From Pseudomonadota bacterium (GTDB lineage Bacteria > Myxococcota > JACRCW01 > JAFGSX01), in contig JBDRCO010000051.1 in assembly GCA_043821645.1 (NCBI GenBank), positions 160,001-224,000 on the forward strand: 64,000 nucleotides of DNA, given 5' to 3'. Under the pieces are notes generated by a model. That model saw only the letters and a list, made by a program, of their open reading frames with translations. It was not told where the DNA came from and made no database searches. Made by a program: the position numbers and the translations under genes. Below, one piece after another: positions 50,863 through 61,353 of the stretch. Numbering within the stretch: the first letter of the stretch is position 1; each line of letters begins with the position of its first letter.

Positions 50863-53591
50863 GGCAGATCGTCGCGCTGGCGGGCATGCTCCCACCACGC
50901 GCGCCAGCGTGCCAGGGCGGCCTCGCGCTCGCCCTTGGGGGAATCGAAGTAGTAGCCGAAGAGTTCGCCGCTGAGCGCACTCAGCTCGTACTGCGCACTC
51001 TGCCGCAGGGACTTGTCCTTGTGCGCGAGCCCGGCCAGCAGCCACTCGACGCGGCGCTCGTGACCGTGCGCCTGGAACCAGCTTCGCCACTTGCCAGCGC
51101 TGAGCCCGAAATCGTGCTTGCTGATCTCGCGCAGGGCGTCGGCCACCTCATCCATGAGGTCCTTGGGCCCCTTGTCGAGCAGCTCGATGAGCCTGTGGAT
51201 GGCCCCGCGATCAAAGCAGGCGCGACTGGCCCGGACCGCGCGCTGGATCTGCTCCAGGTCCCCGGAGCGCAGAGCCTGATCGATGTGTGCCGCGGCCCAG
51301 TCCGGCAGGGAGTGACAGCCGCGCCGGGTGCACACCTCGGCAGCGGTAAAGGCGATACGTGCCTCGACGTCCAGCAAGCACTGACACAGCCGCGCGTTGG
51401 CGGAGGGGATGTGGAGCTCGTTGAGCAGCACGACGGCCGCGATGCGCACGACCCGGTCGCGACGTCCGAGGGCCTCGACCACGATGGGCGCGGCCGCGGC
51501 CGGACCGAGGCGGACCAGGGCCTCGCACACCGCGGAGAGCGAGGCCGCCTCCGGACGACGGTCGAAGTTGCCGAACAGGTTGAGCCGGAGCTTGCCCGGA
51601 AAAGCCTTGAACAGGGCTGGCAAGGCAGCCCCGCGCAGTGCCGCGATCCGGCGCAGGGCCTCGCGCCGCGGGAGCTCATTTTCCTCGTGCGCCTCGGCCA
51701 GGTCGATCTGGTCCTGGATGCCGGGGGAAATGGGACTGTGGTGCAACACTGCGGCCAGCTCGAGCGCCGCGACCTCGTCGACGAGCGCCTGCTCCAGCCT
51801 GGCGTCATCCAGCACCAGGGGCACGGCTGCAGCGACGGTGGCTGGCGCAGGGGGTTGCTCCATCTGGTCGGCCAGCGGCTGTGGCGGCAAGGTGGCGGCG
51901 GCTGCCTCGACGGTGGCAGGCTCAACGCCGATCGATTCCTGGACGGCAGGTTCTGCACCCGGGTCCCGCGGCGACCCGGCAGGCTCCACCGGCGAGGGAT
52001 CCGGCCGGGTGTCGACGGGGCTGGGGGGATCCACCTCCGCTTCACGCGAGCTCGGCACCACGGCAGGGTCTACGCGAACGGGTGCTGCGGTCACCTCCGG
52101 GCTGGCGCTCTCGGCGTGCGCGGCGACGGGCGAGGCGGACCCCGCGTCCAGTTCGAGATCCGCGGTGCCACTTTGCAGGGCTCGCTTGCGACGCAGGATC
52201 ACCACCTCGAGGGCCAGGCGCACCTGCGGCATCAGCATCTGCAGGTCGGTGAGCACCGCCGGATTGATGGCAGTCTCGCCACAATCGCCCACCAGCACAC
52301 CCAGCAGGCGCTCCCGGACAAAAAACGGAACGATGACCACGGCCCGCGGTGCTGCTCCGCCCAGGGCTTTCAGCAGGGCGTCCCCGCTGGGGATGGGCCC
52401 CAGGCTGTGGGCGCCGGTGCGCCGCACCAGGTGCAGCGAGGGCGAGGCCTCGAGGGGAAGGCGCAGCTGGGTGACACGGCCCTCGAGATCTCCGCCGATG
52501 GCGTCCCAGCCAATGAAGGCCTCGTCCAGCAACACGAACACGGCGACCCTGTCCAGGCGCCGATGCGCGAAGCGCAGCAGGACCTCGACCACGTCGTCTC
52601 GACTGTGCGCCAGGGCCAGCTCTGCCGAGGCGTCCTCGTGGCTCCAGCTCACGCGATGGTGGCGGAGCAGCTCGCGCTGGGCCGCGGCCTCATCCTCGGC
52701 CTGCAGTCGCTCCACCAGTCGCGGGGGGGCCTGCTCGAAGAAGCCGGTATCGACCTCGACGGTGCCGCCGGTCAGCAGCGACGAGATGGCCTCGGCTGGA
52801 CGCTCGAAGCGGATATCCGACATGTCGATGCCGGCCTGGTTCGCCTGCACGGCGTGCCAGCTCTCGATGGGATCGTCGCGGCGTGCGTGGGGTTCCTCGA
52901 CGCCGCTGACCGCCACCCGGCCAGGCTCATCTACCACCCAGCCGGGGCCCGCCGCCGCAGCCTCGGTCTGCGGTGTCACCGGCACCGAATCCTGCGCCCC
53001 GGCATCCGCCGCCTCGTCGTCCTGGGCAGGAGCGGTCACCTCCTCGTCGTCGGCAGGAGACGCCGGGACCGAGGCGACGCGCGCAGTGGTCCGCGCTTCC
53101 TCGGCCACGCGCTCGACCTCCTCGCCAAGCTGGGCCAGCAGATGGTCAAAGCGCGCACCCATCGGGATGCCGTAGAGCTGCTCGAGGGCATAGTTCAAGC
53201 GCAACTCGATGGTGATGTGGGGAACCACGTACAGGCTGAGGGTGAAGCCCACGTCGTCGAGCACGTCGAGCGGCAGCGGGCGACAACACGCCACGTGAAG
53301 GTGTCGACGATCCAGCTTCAGGGGAACGATGCGATAGCGCTCGGCCAGACGTCGAGGCAGGCGCTTGGCGAGTTCGGGATCGACCCCGGCAAGAGCCACG
53401 CGGTCGGCAGCCGGCAGCTTGAACCGACGCGACATCGCCTCCAGCAGGAGCGATTCCTCGACCAGCCCCATCTCGAGCAGTACGGTATCGAGCTGGCCGC
53501 CGTACAGCACCTGTCGCTGGTACGCGTCCTCGAGCCGATCCGGCTGCACCACCCCGTCTTCGACCAGCAGCTGCCCCAGACCTGTTGCCAT
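50859..53591 (-). CDS. MshEN/GspE-N-terminal domain, GAF-like and HEAT-repeat protein (FrgA-like architecture)
   Basis: LGQLLVEDGVV..LEDAYQRQ..LDTVLLEMGLV, LAERYRIVPL, GAF-like VIVPFFVRERLLGVLVGD, C-terminal HEAT repeats ending WRAWW. Confidence 0.8.
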   Translation of the reverse strand: MATGLGQLLVEDGVVQPDRLEDAYQRQVLYGGQLDTVLLEMGLVEESLLLEAMSRRFKLPAADRVALAGVDPELAKRLPRRLAERYRIVPLKLDRRHLHVACCRPLPLDVLDDVGFTLSLYVVPHITIELRLNYALEQLYGIPMGARFDHLLAQLGEEVERVAEEARTTARVASVPASPADDEEVTAPAQDDEAADAGAQDSVPVTPQTEAAAAGPGWVVDEPGRVAVSGVEEPHARRDDPIESWHAVQANQAGIDMSDIRFERPAEAISSLLTGGTVEVDTGFFEQAPPRLVERLQAEDEAAAQRELLRHHRVSWSHEDASAELALAHSRDDVVEVLLRFAHRRLDRVAVFVLLDEAFIGWDAIGGDLEGRVTQLRLPLEASPSLHLVRRTGAHSLGPIPSGDALLKALGGAAPRAVVIVPFFVRERLLGVLVGDCGETAINPAVLTDLQMLMPQVRLALEVVILRRKRALQSGTADLELDAGSASPVAAHAESASPEVTAAPVRVDPAVVPSSREAEVDPPSPVDTRPDPSPVEPAGSPRDPGAEPAVQESIGVEPATVEAAAATLPPQPLADQMEQPPAPATVAAAVPLVLDDARLEQALVDEVAALELAAVLHHSPISPGIQDQIDLAEAHEENELPRREALRRIAALRGAALPALFKAFPGKLRLNLFGNFDRRPEAASLSAVCEALVRLGPAAAAPIVVEALGRRDRVVRIAAVVLLNELHIPSANARLCQCLLDVEARIAFTAAEVCTRRGCHSLPDWAAAHIDQALRSGDLEQIQRAVRASRACFDRGAIHRLIELLDKGPKDLMDEVADALREISKHDFGLSAGKWRSWFQAHGHERRVEWLLAGLAHKDKSLRQSAQYELSALSGELFGYYFDSPKGEREAALARWRAWWEHARQRDDLP

Positions 53592-53773
53592 GATGTCCTG
53601 CTCGACATGAGATGCGGCGCAGCTCACCTGCGCCAGCCGACGACCCAGTCAAACGCAGGGGTGCGCGCGGTGTCAAGGATCGCGGGCCCTGGACGCATCG
53701 TGGCGCGTGCACGTGTTGACTCGAGCGCTGGCGCGGGCCACAACACGGCATCATTGCCGCACCGAGGTTCACC

Positions 53774-55768
53774 GTGCCCAGGTTCACATTTCCCGTGTTG
53801 ACCCTTGTCCTCGCAGGCTGCCCGGCCTCGCCCGTGACGACGACAACCACGCCGGCGCCCGGTGCCGTGGAGCCACCCGCACCTCCCACGCGCGCCTCCG
53901 AGCTGTCGCGCTACCAGGGCGTGGCCCGGGCCTCGCTGCCTGCGCTCGAGCGGCAGGACTTCAATCGCCTGGCTGCCCTGGAAAACGTGCCGCTGTTCTG
54001 GCTGCAGGACGCACTCGCCCCGGGCAATCTGGTCGAACTCGAGGATGGGGCGCTGTCGCGCTACGTGCAGGGCCAGGCCTTCACGCCGGCCTTCGATGCT
54101 CTGTATGCACGCCTGGTCGATCGCCGCCGCATCGAGGCGGTCTCCCGCGAGCTCACGTCGGGCTGGCTCACCGCCGTGGTCACCGATCTGCGCAACGCCT
54201 CCGACGCCGACAAGAAGCTGGTGCGCCACATCCAGCGCGCAGCCCGCGTCATCGAAGACCTCTACGCGGTGCAGACCGGGGCCGCGGCGGTCCAGGCACA
54301 ACCCCTCGACAGCCCGAGCAAGGAACTCTACCGGCGCAACCAGGGCTACTGGTGCGAGGGGCCGCAGACCCGCGACGATGCCTTCTGCAACGGCCTGCTG
54401 AGCTTCCCCAAGCAGGCCAGCGACGCCTACCCCCGGGGCACCACCCAGGATGAGGCCTGGTGCGAGAAGTTGCGCAACGCACCCGACGCCAAGGCGCTGA
54501 TGGATCCCTTCTCCGTGGTACGCGAGAAGCGGGGAGCCCTGGTGGCCGTGCCTTACCTCGAGGTCTACGGCGACAAGATGCGTGCCGTGGCCACCGAGCT
54601 CAAGCAGGCCAGTGCGCTGCTCGGCGACACCGAGGCGGCTTTCAAGAAGTACCTCGAGGCTGCCGCCCGCGGCTTCGAGACCAACAACTGGAACGAGGCC
54701 GACGAGGCCTGGGTCGCGATGAACTCGCACAACAGTGCCTGGTACCTGCGCATCGCCCCCGACGAGGTCTACTTTGACCCCTGTAACTCCAAGGCCGGCT
54801 TTCACGTGTCCTTTGCGCGCATCAACCCGGCCCTGGTCGAGTGGCAGAACAAGCTGACGCCACTGCGGCAGGACATGGAGCAGGCCCTGGCTGCCCAGAT
54901 CGGCCCCCCGTACAAGGCGCGCGAGGTCTCCTTCGCCCTGCCCGACTTCATCGACATCGTGCTCAACGCCGGCGACGCGCGCAATGCCTTCGGCGCCACC
55001 GTGGGCCAGTCGCTGCCGAACTGGGGCCCGGTTTCCGAGCGCGGCGACGGCCGCACCGTGGTCATGACCAACCTGTACAGCGGCCCCGACTCCCGGGCGG
55101 TTTACCGCCAGAAGGCCGCACTCCTGTTCGACCCCGGCACCCTGAAAGCCCTGCGCGACGACGACGTCGGTGAATACCTGGACATCTTATTACACGAGGC
55201 GAGCCACAACTTCGGGCCCCACAGCGACTACAAGCTCGACGGCAAGCCGCCGCGCGAGGTGTTCGGCGGCCTCACGGCGTCCATCCTCGAAGAACTCAAG
55301 GCCCAGACCGGTGCCCTGTGGTTCACCGAGTGGCTGCGCCAGAAGGGTGTGATCGACGACGCCATGGCGCGCGCGACCCACACCGGATCGATGCTCTGGT
55401 GCTTCGGCCAGATCAGCCGCGGTCTCCTCGGCAGCGACGGCAAGTACAACGTGTACCCGACCCTGGCCGCCATCCAGGTGGGCTTCTTGGTGGACGAGGG
55501 CGCCCTGGTGTTCGACCCCGCCCTGGATCCTGCAGGTAGCGGCGACAAGGGGCGCTGGAGGCTGGTCTACAGCAAGTTCGTGCCGGCGGTGAACAAGCTG
55601 ATGCGCCTCGTCGGCCAGATGAAGGCGGGGGGCGACAAGGCCGGGGCCGAGGCCCTGATCCGCCGCTTCACCGAAGGCGAGGGCCTGACCAAGATCCACG
55701 AAGCCCTGGTCAAGGAGCGCGTGCTGCGCTTCCCCAAGGAGAGCTTCGTGTACGCGGTCCGGATGTGA
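53774..55768 (+). CDS. Zinc metallopeptidase lipoprotein, M49 (DPP III-like) family
   Basis: Lipobox LAG-C, AIxDLYxxQ-like motif, GQSLPN, LLHEASHNFGP, LEELKA. Confidence 0.85.
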   Translation: MPRFTFPVLTLVLAGCPASPVTTTTTPAPGAVEPPAPPTRASELSRYQGVARASLPALERQDFNRLAALENVPLFWLQDALAPGNLVELEDGALSRYVQGQAFTPAFDALYARLVDRRRIEAVSRELTSGWLTAVVTDLRNASDADKKLVRHIQRAARVIEDLYAVQTGAAAVQAQPLDSPSKELYRRNQGYWCEGPQTRDDAFCNGLLSFPKQASDAYPRGTTQDEAWCEKLRNAPDAKALMDPFSVVREKRGALVAVPYLEVYGDKMRAVATELKQASALLGDTEAAFKKYLEAAARGFETNNWNEADEAWVAMNSHNSAWYLRIAPDEVYFDPCNSKAGFHVSFARINPALVEWQNKLTPLRQDMEQALAAQIGPPYKAREVSFALPDFIDIVLNAGDARNAFGATVGQSLPNWGPVSERGDGRTVVMTNLYSGPDSRAVYRQKAALLFDPGTLKALRDDDVGEYLDILLHEASHNFGPHSDYKLDGKPPREVFGGLTASILEELKAQTGALWFTEWLRQKGVIDDAMARATHTGSMLWCFGQISRGLLGSDGKYNVYPTLAAIQVGFLVDEGALVFDPALDPAGSGDKGRWRLVYSKFVPAVNKLMRLVGQMKAGGDKAGAEALIRRFTEGEGLTKIHEALVKERVLRFPKESFVYAVRM

Positions 55769-57090
55769 CGCACATGCGTGCACTCCTCGTCGACACCAGG
55801 ACCTGCATCGCGCCCTTCGAGGAGCGCGCGGACGAGGCCCTGTTCCTGTCCGGCACCGTGCGCCAGGTGGTCGACGCCTCCCTGGCCCAGCTGCGCTGCA
55901 CCCCCGTGCTCGCCGAGTCTGCCCAAGCCCTGGCGGCGCAACCCGACGAGCTCGTGCTGGTGCTCGCGGACCGGGTGTTCATCTCGCACAAGGCGCTGCG
56001 CGATTTCCTGCGCGCAGCCCGGACTCGACTCCCGGCCCGGCTCAGCCTGCGCCGCACGCCCAGCGTCGACTACCTGCTGCCGGTGACGGACTTGCAGCCG
56101 CAGGCCCTGGCGCCCGCGGACTTCGAGCTGTCCCAGGCACGGGTGGCGCGCCTCGAGCGTGAGGCCAGCGAGCGCGTGGATCACGACGTGTTCCTGCTCA
56201 GTGGCCGCGATCTGCCCACCGAACTGCGCGGCGAGGAGCTGCTACAAGCCCTGCGCGAACGCTGTCAGCCGGTGGTGGTCAAGAAGCGCGAGATCGCGAT
56301 CCCGGTGCGCCTGCCCACCCTGGGCAGCGCTGCCCAGCAAACCATGCGCTTCCCCATCACCTCGACGGTGGTGGCCGAGCTGCGGCACTGGGTTCACGTG
56401 CTGTGGCTCAACCAGCTGGCCCTGGGCATCTTCTGGATGGACCGCCTGCGTCAGCGCCCGCTGTGGATGCTGTGGCGCGCCGCGACAGCCCTGCCCTGGA
56501 CGCGCACTCGCCTGCTGCAGCGCCTGGTGGTGCGCGGCCGTCGCTGCCGCATCCACCCCACGGCCCACGTCGAGCTCAGCGTGCTCGGCGACGACGTGGT
56601 GGTCGGACCCCACGCCAGCATCCGCAACAGCTTCGTCGGCAACGGCGCCGAGATCGGCAGCCACGCCACCGTGCTCAACAGCAGCATCGGCCCTGGGAGC
56701 TTCATCACCGAGAAGACCTTTGTCATCTGGAGCGCCTGCTATCCCGGCGCCACCATTGGGAATTACAAGCTGCAGGTGTCGCTCATAGGACGCGATGCGC
56801 ATCTCAACGCCTGGGCCGGGCTCATCGACGCCAAGTTCCAGGGCCAGGTGCAGGTCGAGCGCGGCGGACGTCTGATGTCGACCGAGCGATCCTTCCTCGG
56901 TAGCTGCGTGGGCCATCGCGCGGTGGTGGCGTCCAAGATCCTGGTGCTTCCCGGCCGCGCCATCCCCAACGACGCCATCGTGGTCATGCGCCCCGACGAG
57001 GTGGTATCCGAGATTCCGAGCGACCTCGCCACCGGACAGCCCCTGGTGCGCGACCACGGCACCCTGGTCCCCCTGAGCAGCCTGCGCTGA
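55765..57090 (+). CDS. Left-handed beta-helix (hexapeptide repeat) protein with a degenerate nucleotidyltransferase-like N-terminus
   Basis: CRIHPTAHVELSVLGDDVVVGPHASIRNSFVGNGAEIG repeats, FLGSCVGH; overlaps the peptidase stop. Confidence 0.75.
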   Translation: MTHMRALLVDTRTCIAPFEERADEALFLSGTVRQVVDASLAQLRCTPVLAESAQALAAQPDELVLVLADRVFISHKALRDFLRAARTRLPARLSLRRTPSVDYLLPVTDLQPQALAPADFELSQARVARLEREASERVDHDVFLLSGRDLPTELRGEELLQALRERCQPVVVKKREIAIPVRLPTLGSAAQQTMRFPITSTVVAELRHWVHVLWLNQLALGIFWMDRLRQRPLWMLWRAATALPWTRTRLLQRLVVRGRRCRIHPTAHVELSVLGDDVVVGPHASIRNSFVGNGAEIGSHATVLNSSIGPGSFITEKTFVIWSACYPGATIGNYKLQVSLIGRDAHLNAWAGLIDAKFQGQVQVERGGRLMSTERSFLGSCVGHRAVVASKILVLPGRAIPNDAIVVMRPDEVVSEIPSDLATGQPLVRDHGTLVPLSSLR

Positions 57091-57386
57091 GCCCTGACCG
57101 GTTCTATGGCTCGGCATGGCCGAGGCGCGCCATTTTGAAGGGAGGTCGGCAGCCAGGTGGGGTGATCTCACCCATGCTAATGGGCCAGCTTCCTGGCCCG
57201 CCAAAGGGCGGTCCGCGAGGCCTGCAGCGCTGTGTGATGAGTTTATTATTTCTTTATTTTACGTGGTGTTATCTTTTTTTTCTCAAGTCTCCGCGCAGGT
57301 GACCTGGTTTGTGATATGGTACGCCGCCTTTCATGGCACTGTGGTTTTTACGCAGCATGTTCAACCACCCAGAGAGACGGGTCAGC

Positions 57387-57668
57387 ATGAAGGACACAAC
57401 AGAGTTCAGCTACGACGTGGACAAGCAGATCGTTGAGGGATTCCTGAGCAACAAGTCCGCCATGTACAACAACTTGGGCGAGGTCGGCTATTCGCGCCGC
57501 GTGCTCAAGGAGCGCGCCGAGAAGCTGGGGCTCACCCAGTCCCTGCTCGCGCAGCACTCGGCGGGTGAAGTTCAGCTGGCCGTGCGCAGCTGCCTCAACT
57601 GTGATGAGCCCTTTGTCTCCGTGGGCTCTTTCAATCGCCTGTGCAAGCGCTGTAGATCCAGGCACTAG
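57387..57668 (+). CDS. Small HTH-like plus zinc-ribbon protein
   Basis: GYSRRVLKERAEKLGL and RSCLNC..F.S.G..NRLCKRC; GAGAG RBS; AT-rich upstream region. Confidence 0.75.
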   Translation: MKDTTEFSYDVDKQIVEGFLSNKSAMYNNLGEVGYSRRVLKERAEKLGLTQSLLAQHSAGEVQLAVRSCLNCDEPFVSVGSFNRLCKRCRSRH

Positions 57669-57806
57669 ACCGATTTCAAGCCTCGCGCGCCTTGGCCCTA
57701 CCACGCGGTAGGTGCCGGGTCCGGGCTGTGTCCTGAAGGCCAGGATCCGCCCTGGCGGCAAAGCCCTGCGCCCCTCCTGCTGCGCTCCGGTCTGTGGAAT
57801 CCCGAT

Positions 57807-57835
57807 AAAAAACGGGCCCCGTTGCCAGGGCCCGT
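57807..57835 (-). terminator. Rho-independent terminator for the transglutaminase-like gene
   Basis: ACGGGCCC/GGGCCCGT stem with an A6 run on the left (U tail on the minus strand), between convergent genes. Confidence 0.75.
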
Positions 57836-57867
57836 GTTCGAATCACAGGTTCACAGGAGCCGAGTGA

Positions 57868-59880
57868 TCAGCCGTCCGTGCCGTCAAAGAACTTGTCGTA
57901 GATCCCCTTGACGAACTTGGGGTCGACGTAGGGGTTGCGGCTGTTGGCGCCGGCCCAATCGTTGAAGGCCGAGGGCCGCCACAAAAAGTCCGGGTTCTCG
58001 CTCTTCCAGCCACTGTTGACCACCTCACCCTTGTCGTTGGTCTCGAGCCAGTAGCGGTAGTTCTTGCCGGCGTAGTCGCTGTCCCCGAACATCACGTCCA
58101 TCTGGTACTCGACCACGGTGTTCTTGGGATCGGCAGGGCCATTGTGGCCCTTGAGGTCCTTGACATCGTCAGCGCTGAGCTTGCTGGCGCTGTTGAGGTC
58201 GGCCTTCCAGAAGTTGTAGTTCCACACGTGGGAGCCGCTGTCGCGGTCCATGGCGGCGGGCCGCTTGTCCTCGCCCAGCCACTTGATCATGGTCGAGTGG
58301 AACTCGGCCGGGGCCATGTCCTTGCTGTCCTCGCGGGCCACGTGCTTGATGTCGGTGGCCTTGATCACCTCTTCCTTGCCGTCCATGCCCCGGAACCTGA
58401 TCGTCTTGTCCGCGTCCTTGTAGGGGTCGGTGAGCACCTGGTAGTCGCCGTCCCAGCGCCACATGTCCTTGGAGTTGAAATCCACCTCGTCGAGCAGCTT
58501 GCCCTGGATCTGGCGGCCGTCCTTGAGCACCAGGATGTCGGGCTTGTCGTCGTAGCGGTTACCGATGAAGTCGGTGCCCTTGGCCTGGCTGTCGGCGAGC
58601 ACGGTGAGCAGGCCGCGCAGGTCCTGCTTGGTGAAGGTCACGCCGTCGACGGTGACGCTGTCTTTTTGCGGATCCTTGAACAGGATGCCGGCCAGGGCCA
58701 CCTTGTCGCAGCTGCCCCACCAGCCCACGCTCATGCTGCCGTCGATCTTTCCGTCGCTGCCGGCGTGGGTGTAGAAGACCTCCTTGGCCTGGTCCTCGGT
58801 GAGCTTGGTGCCGTCGGGCTTGGTGAACTCGAAGCCGGTGATCTTGCCGCTCGCGTCCTTGAGCTCGGTGCGCTTCAGGTCGATGGTCTTGTCGCCCTCG
58901 GTGAGCTTGGGCTTGAGCTGGCCGCGGCTGGACACGGCCGCGAAGTCGCCGCGGCTGTCCAGGAAGTCGACCTTGACGCCCTTGCTGATCTTGCCGTCGC
59001 CGTCGAAGTCGACGCCCGTGGTGTACTCGGCGTCGCGCTCGCTGAGGTTGCTGTTGGGGATGAACTCGCCCTTGTTGGCCGAGTCGCCGATGAGCCAGTT
59101 CAGGGCGGGCTTGCGCTCGAACTCCAGCGCCTTGGCCTTGTCCGCCTGACCGCGGGCGACGAGCAGCTTGTCCAGCTTGCCCAGGGGACCTTCCTTGGCC
59201 CACAGGTTGCTGCCAGCGCTGCCGGCCTGATCCATGTCACCGGAGCCGGCCATGGGCCAGTAGGTGGTGGTCCACACCTTGTGGTCGGCGGCCATCTCGC
59301 GCTTGTCGAACTTGTTGATGTCGGTGCCGCGGGCGGTCTCGGCCAGGTCGCTCACGGTGTCGAAGTCGGTGTCCTTGGCGTCGAAACCCCGCGCCGGCGA
59401 CTGGCGACCGGCGTTGAGCAGCTTCTCGACCTGGGCGTCGACGGTCTTGGGGTCCTGCCCGGCGCCCAGCGCCTTGAGCTTGCCCGCGTATTCAGCGAAC
59501 AGGCCAAAGGCCTTCTGCGGGTCCTGGAACTCGGCGCCGCGCTCGTTGACCTCGGCCTTGAAGGTGTCGGCCACCTTGCTCAGGTCGGTCAGGGTCGACA
59601 CGTGGTTGGACAGGGTGCCTGGATCGACGGGGCCGGGAGGCGTCGGCGGCGGAGTCGGGGCGACGCCGATGAAGGCCTCGAGCTGGGCCTTGGCCGCGGG
59701 GTCAAACTTGTCGCCGTGCTCCTTGAGGATCTTCTGCAGGTCCTTCTTCTCGGTCTTGGCCAGGCCGGAGCCGTCCTTGGCGGACTCGATGAGCTTGCCA
59801 ACCTCGGCCTCGGTGATCTTGTTGTCGGCGATGATGCTGGGGAAGAGGTTGCGCAGACCCCTGTCGCGAATGCTCGTCAT
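57868..59880 (-). CDS. Transglutaminase-elicitor (Phytophthora GP42-like) family protein with an N-terminal helical domain
   Basis: WTTTYWP, WWGSC, VTVDGVTF...DLRGLL, FIGNR, PAEFH, MDRD..HVWNY, YRYWLE...GW...PDFLW, NPYVD; AGGAG RBS. Confidence 0.78.
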   Translation of the reverse strand: MTSIRDRGLRNLFPSIIADNKITEAEVGKLIESAKDGSGLAKTEKKDLQKILKEHGDKFDPAAKAQLEAFIGVAPTPPPTPPGPVDPGTLSNHVSTLTDLSKVADTFKAEVNERGAEFQDPQKAFGLFAEYAGKLKALGAGQDPKTVDAQVEKLLNAGRQSPARGFDAKDTDFDTVSDLAETARGTDINKFDKREMAADHKVWTTTYWPMAGSGDMDQAGSAGSNLWAKEGPLGKLDKLLVARGQADKAKALEFERKPALNWLIGDSANKGEFIPNSNLSERDAEYTTGVDFDGDGKISKGVKVDFLDSRGDFAAVSSRGQLKPKLTEGDKTIDLKRTELKDASGKITGFEFTKPDGTKLTEDQAKEVFYTHAGSDGKIDGSMSVGWWGSCDKVALAGILFKDPQKDSVTVDGVTFTKQDLRGLLTVLADSQAKGTDFIGNRYDDKPDILVLKDGRQIQGKLLDEVDFNSKDMWRWDGDYQVLTDPYKDADKTIRFRGMDGKEEVIKATDIKHVAREDSKDMAPAEFHSTMIKWLGEDKRPAAMDRDSGSHVWNYNFWKADLNSASKLSADDVKDLKGHNGPADPKNTVVEYQMDVMFGDSDYAGKNYRYWLETNDKGEVVNSGWKSENPDFLWRPSAFNDWAGANSRNPYVDPKFVKGIYDKFFDGTDG

Positions 59881-60337
59881 GACGCACTCCTGCCAAACTT
59901 GGTTTGGTGAAACTTGAGCAGCAAGTTGAAAAACCTTTATAAAAACGCCCCAGGGGCGTCAGCAACATGCGTCGTCCCGAGCAGAACCAGGACGTACCCA
60001 CAGGTTACCAAGCACCAAGGGGCTGTGCAACCTGGCGCCTCGCGCCCTGCGGGCCTGCACTGTGTAGCGCGTTCACCTGCAATCTGGCGTGAGATCTCTC
60101 ACTTTTTGGGGGCCGGGCGAAGCTGCCCCAGCAGCACGCGGCGGGAATAATCCCCCCTCGTCTTGCATTTGAATGGCGAACCGGTTAATTCCGCGCGCTT
60201 ACGAAGTGCGGAGGGGACCGTGAGGGGATGGCCCCACGCGGGCCGGAATCCCCGAGGATGCGAGCGCAGGGACGGATCAGGCTGGCGGCCTGGGCAAGGG
60301 CTGCACAGAGCGACACCGAGCTAGCAGGTGGTGACCC

Positions 60338-61327
<990 letters not shown>

Positions 61328-61353
61328 ACGACGTGTGAGTCGGGAGTCTCGTC

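Noticed and set aside
50886-53801. 971-aa + strand ORF and similar long ORFs (4629..6317, 18606..20588, 39891..41867, 58144..59910)
   Set aside because: Antisense shadows of real genes caused by high-GC codon bias; no motifs recognised.
60163-60337. Possible promoter (TTGCAT-N17-TAATTC) and structured leader before the second moxR
   Set aside because: Only short GC-rich hairpins and a weak -10 element; not enough to call a regulatory RNA.
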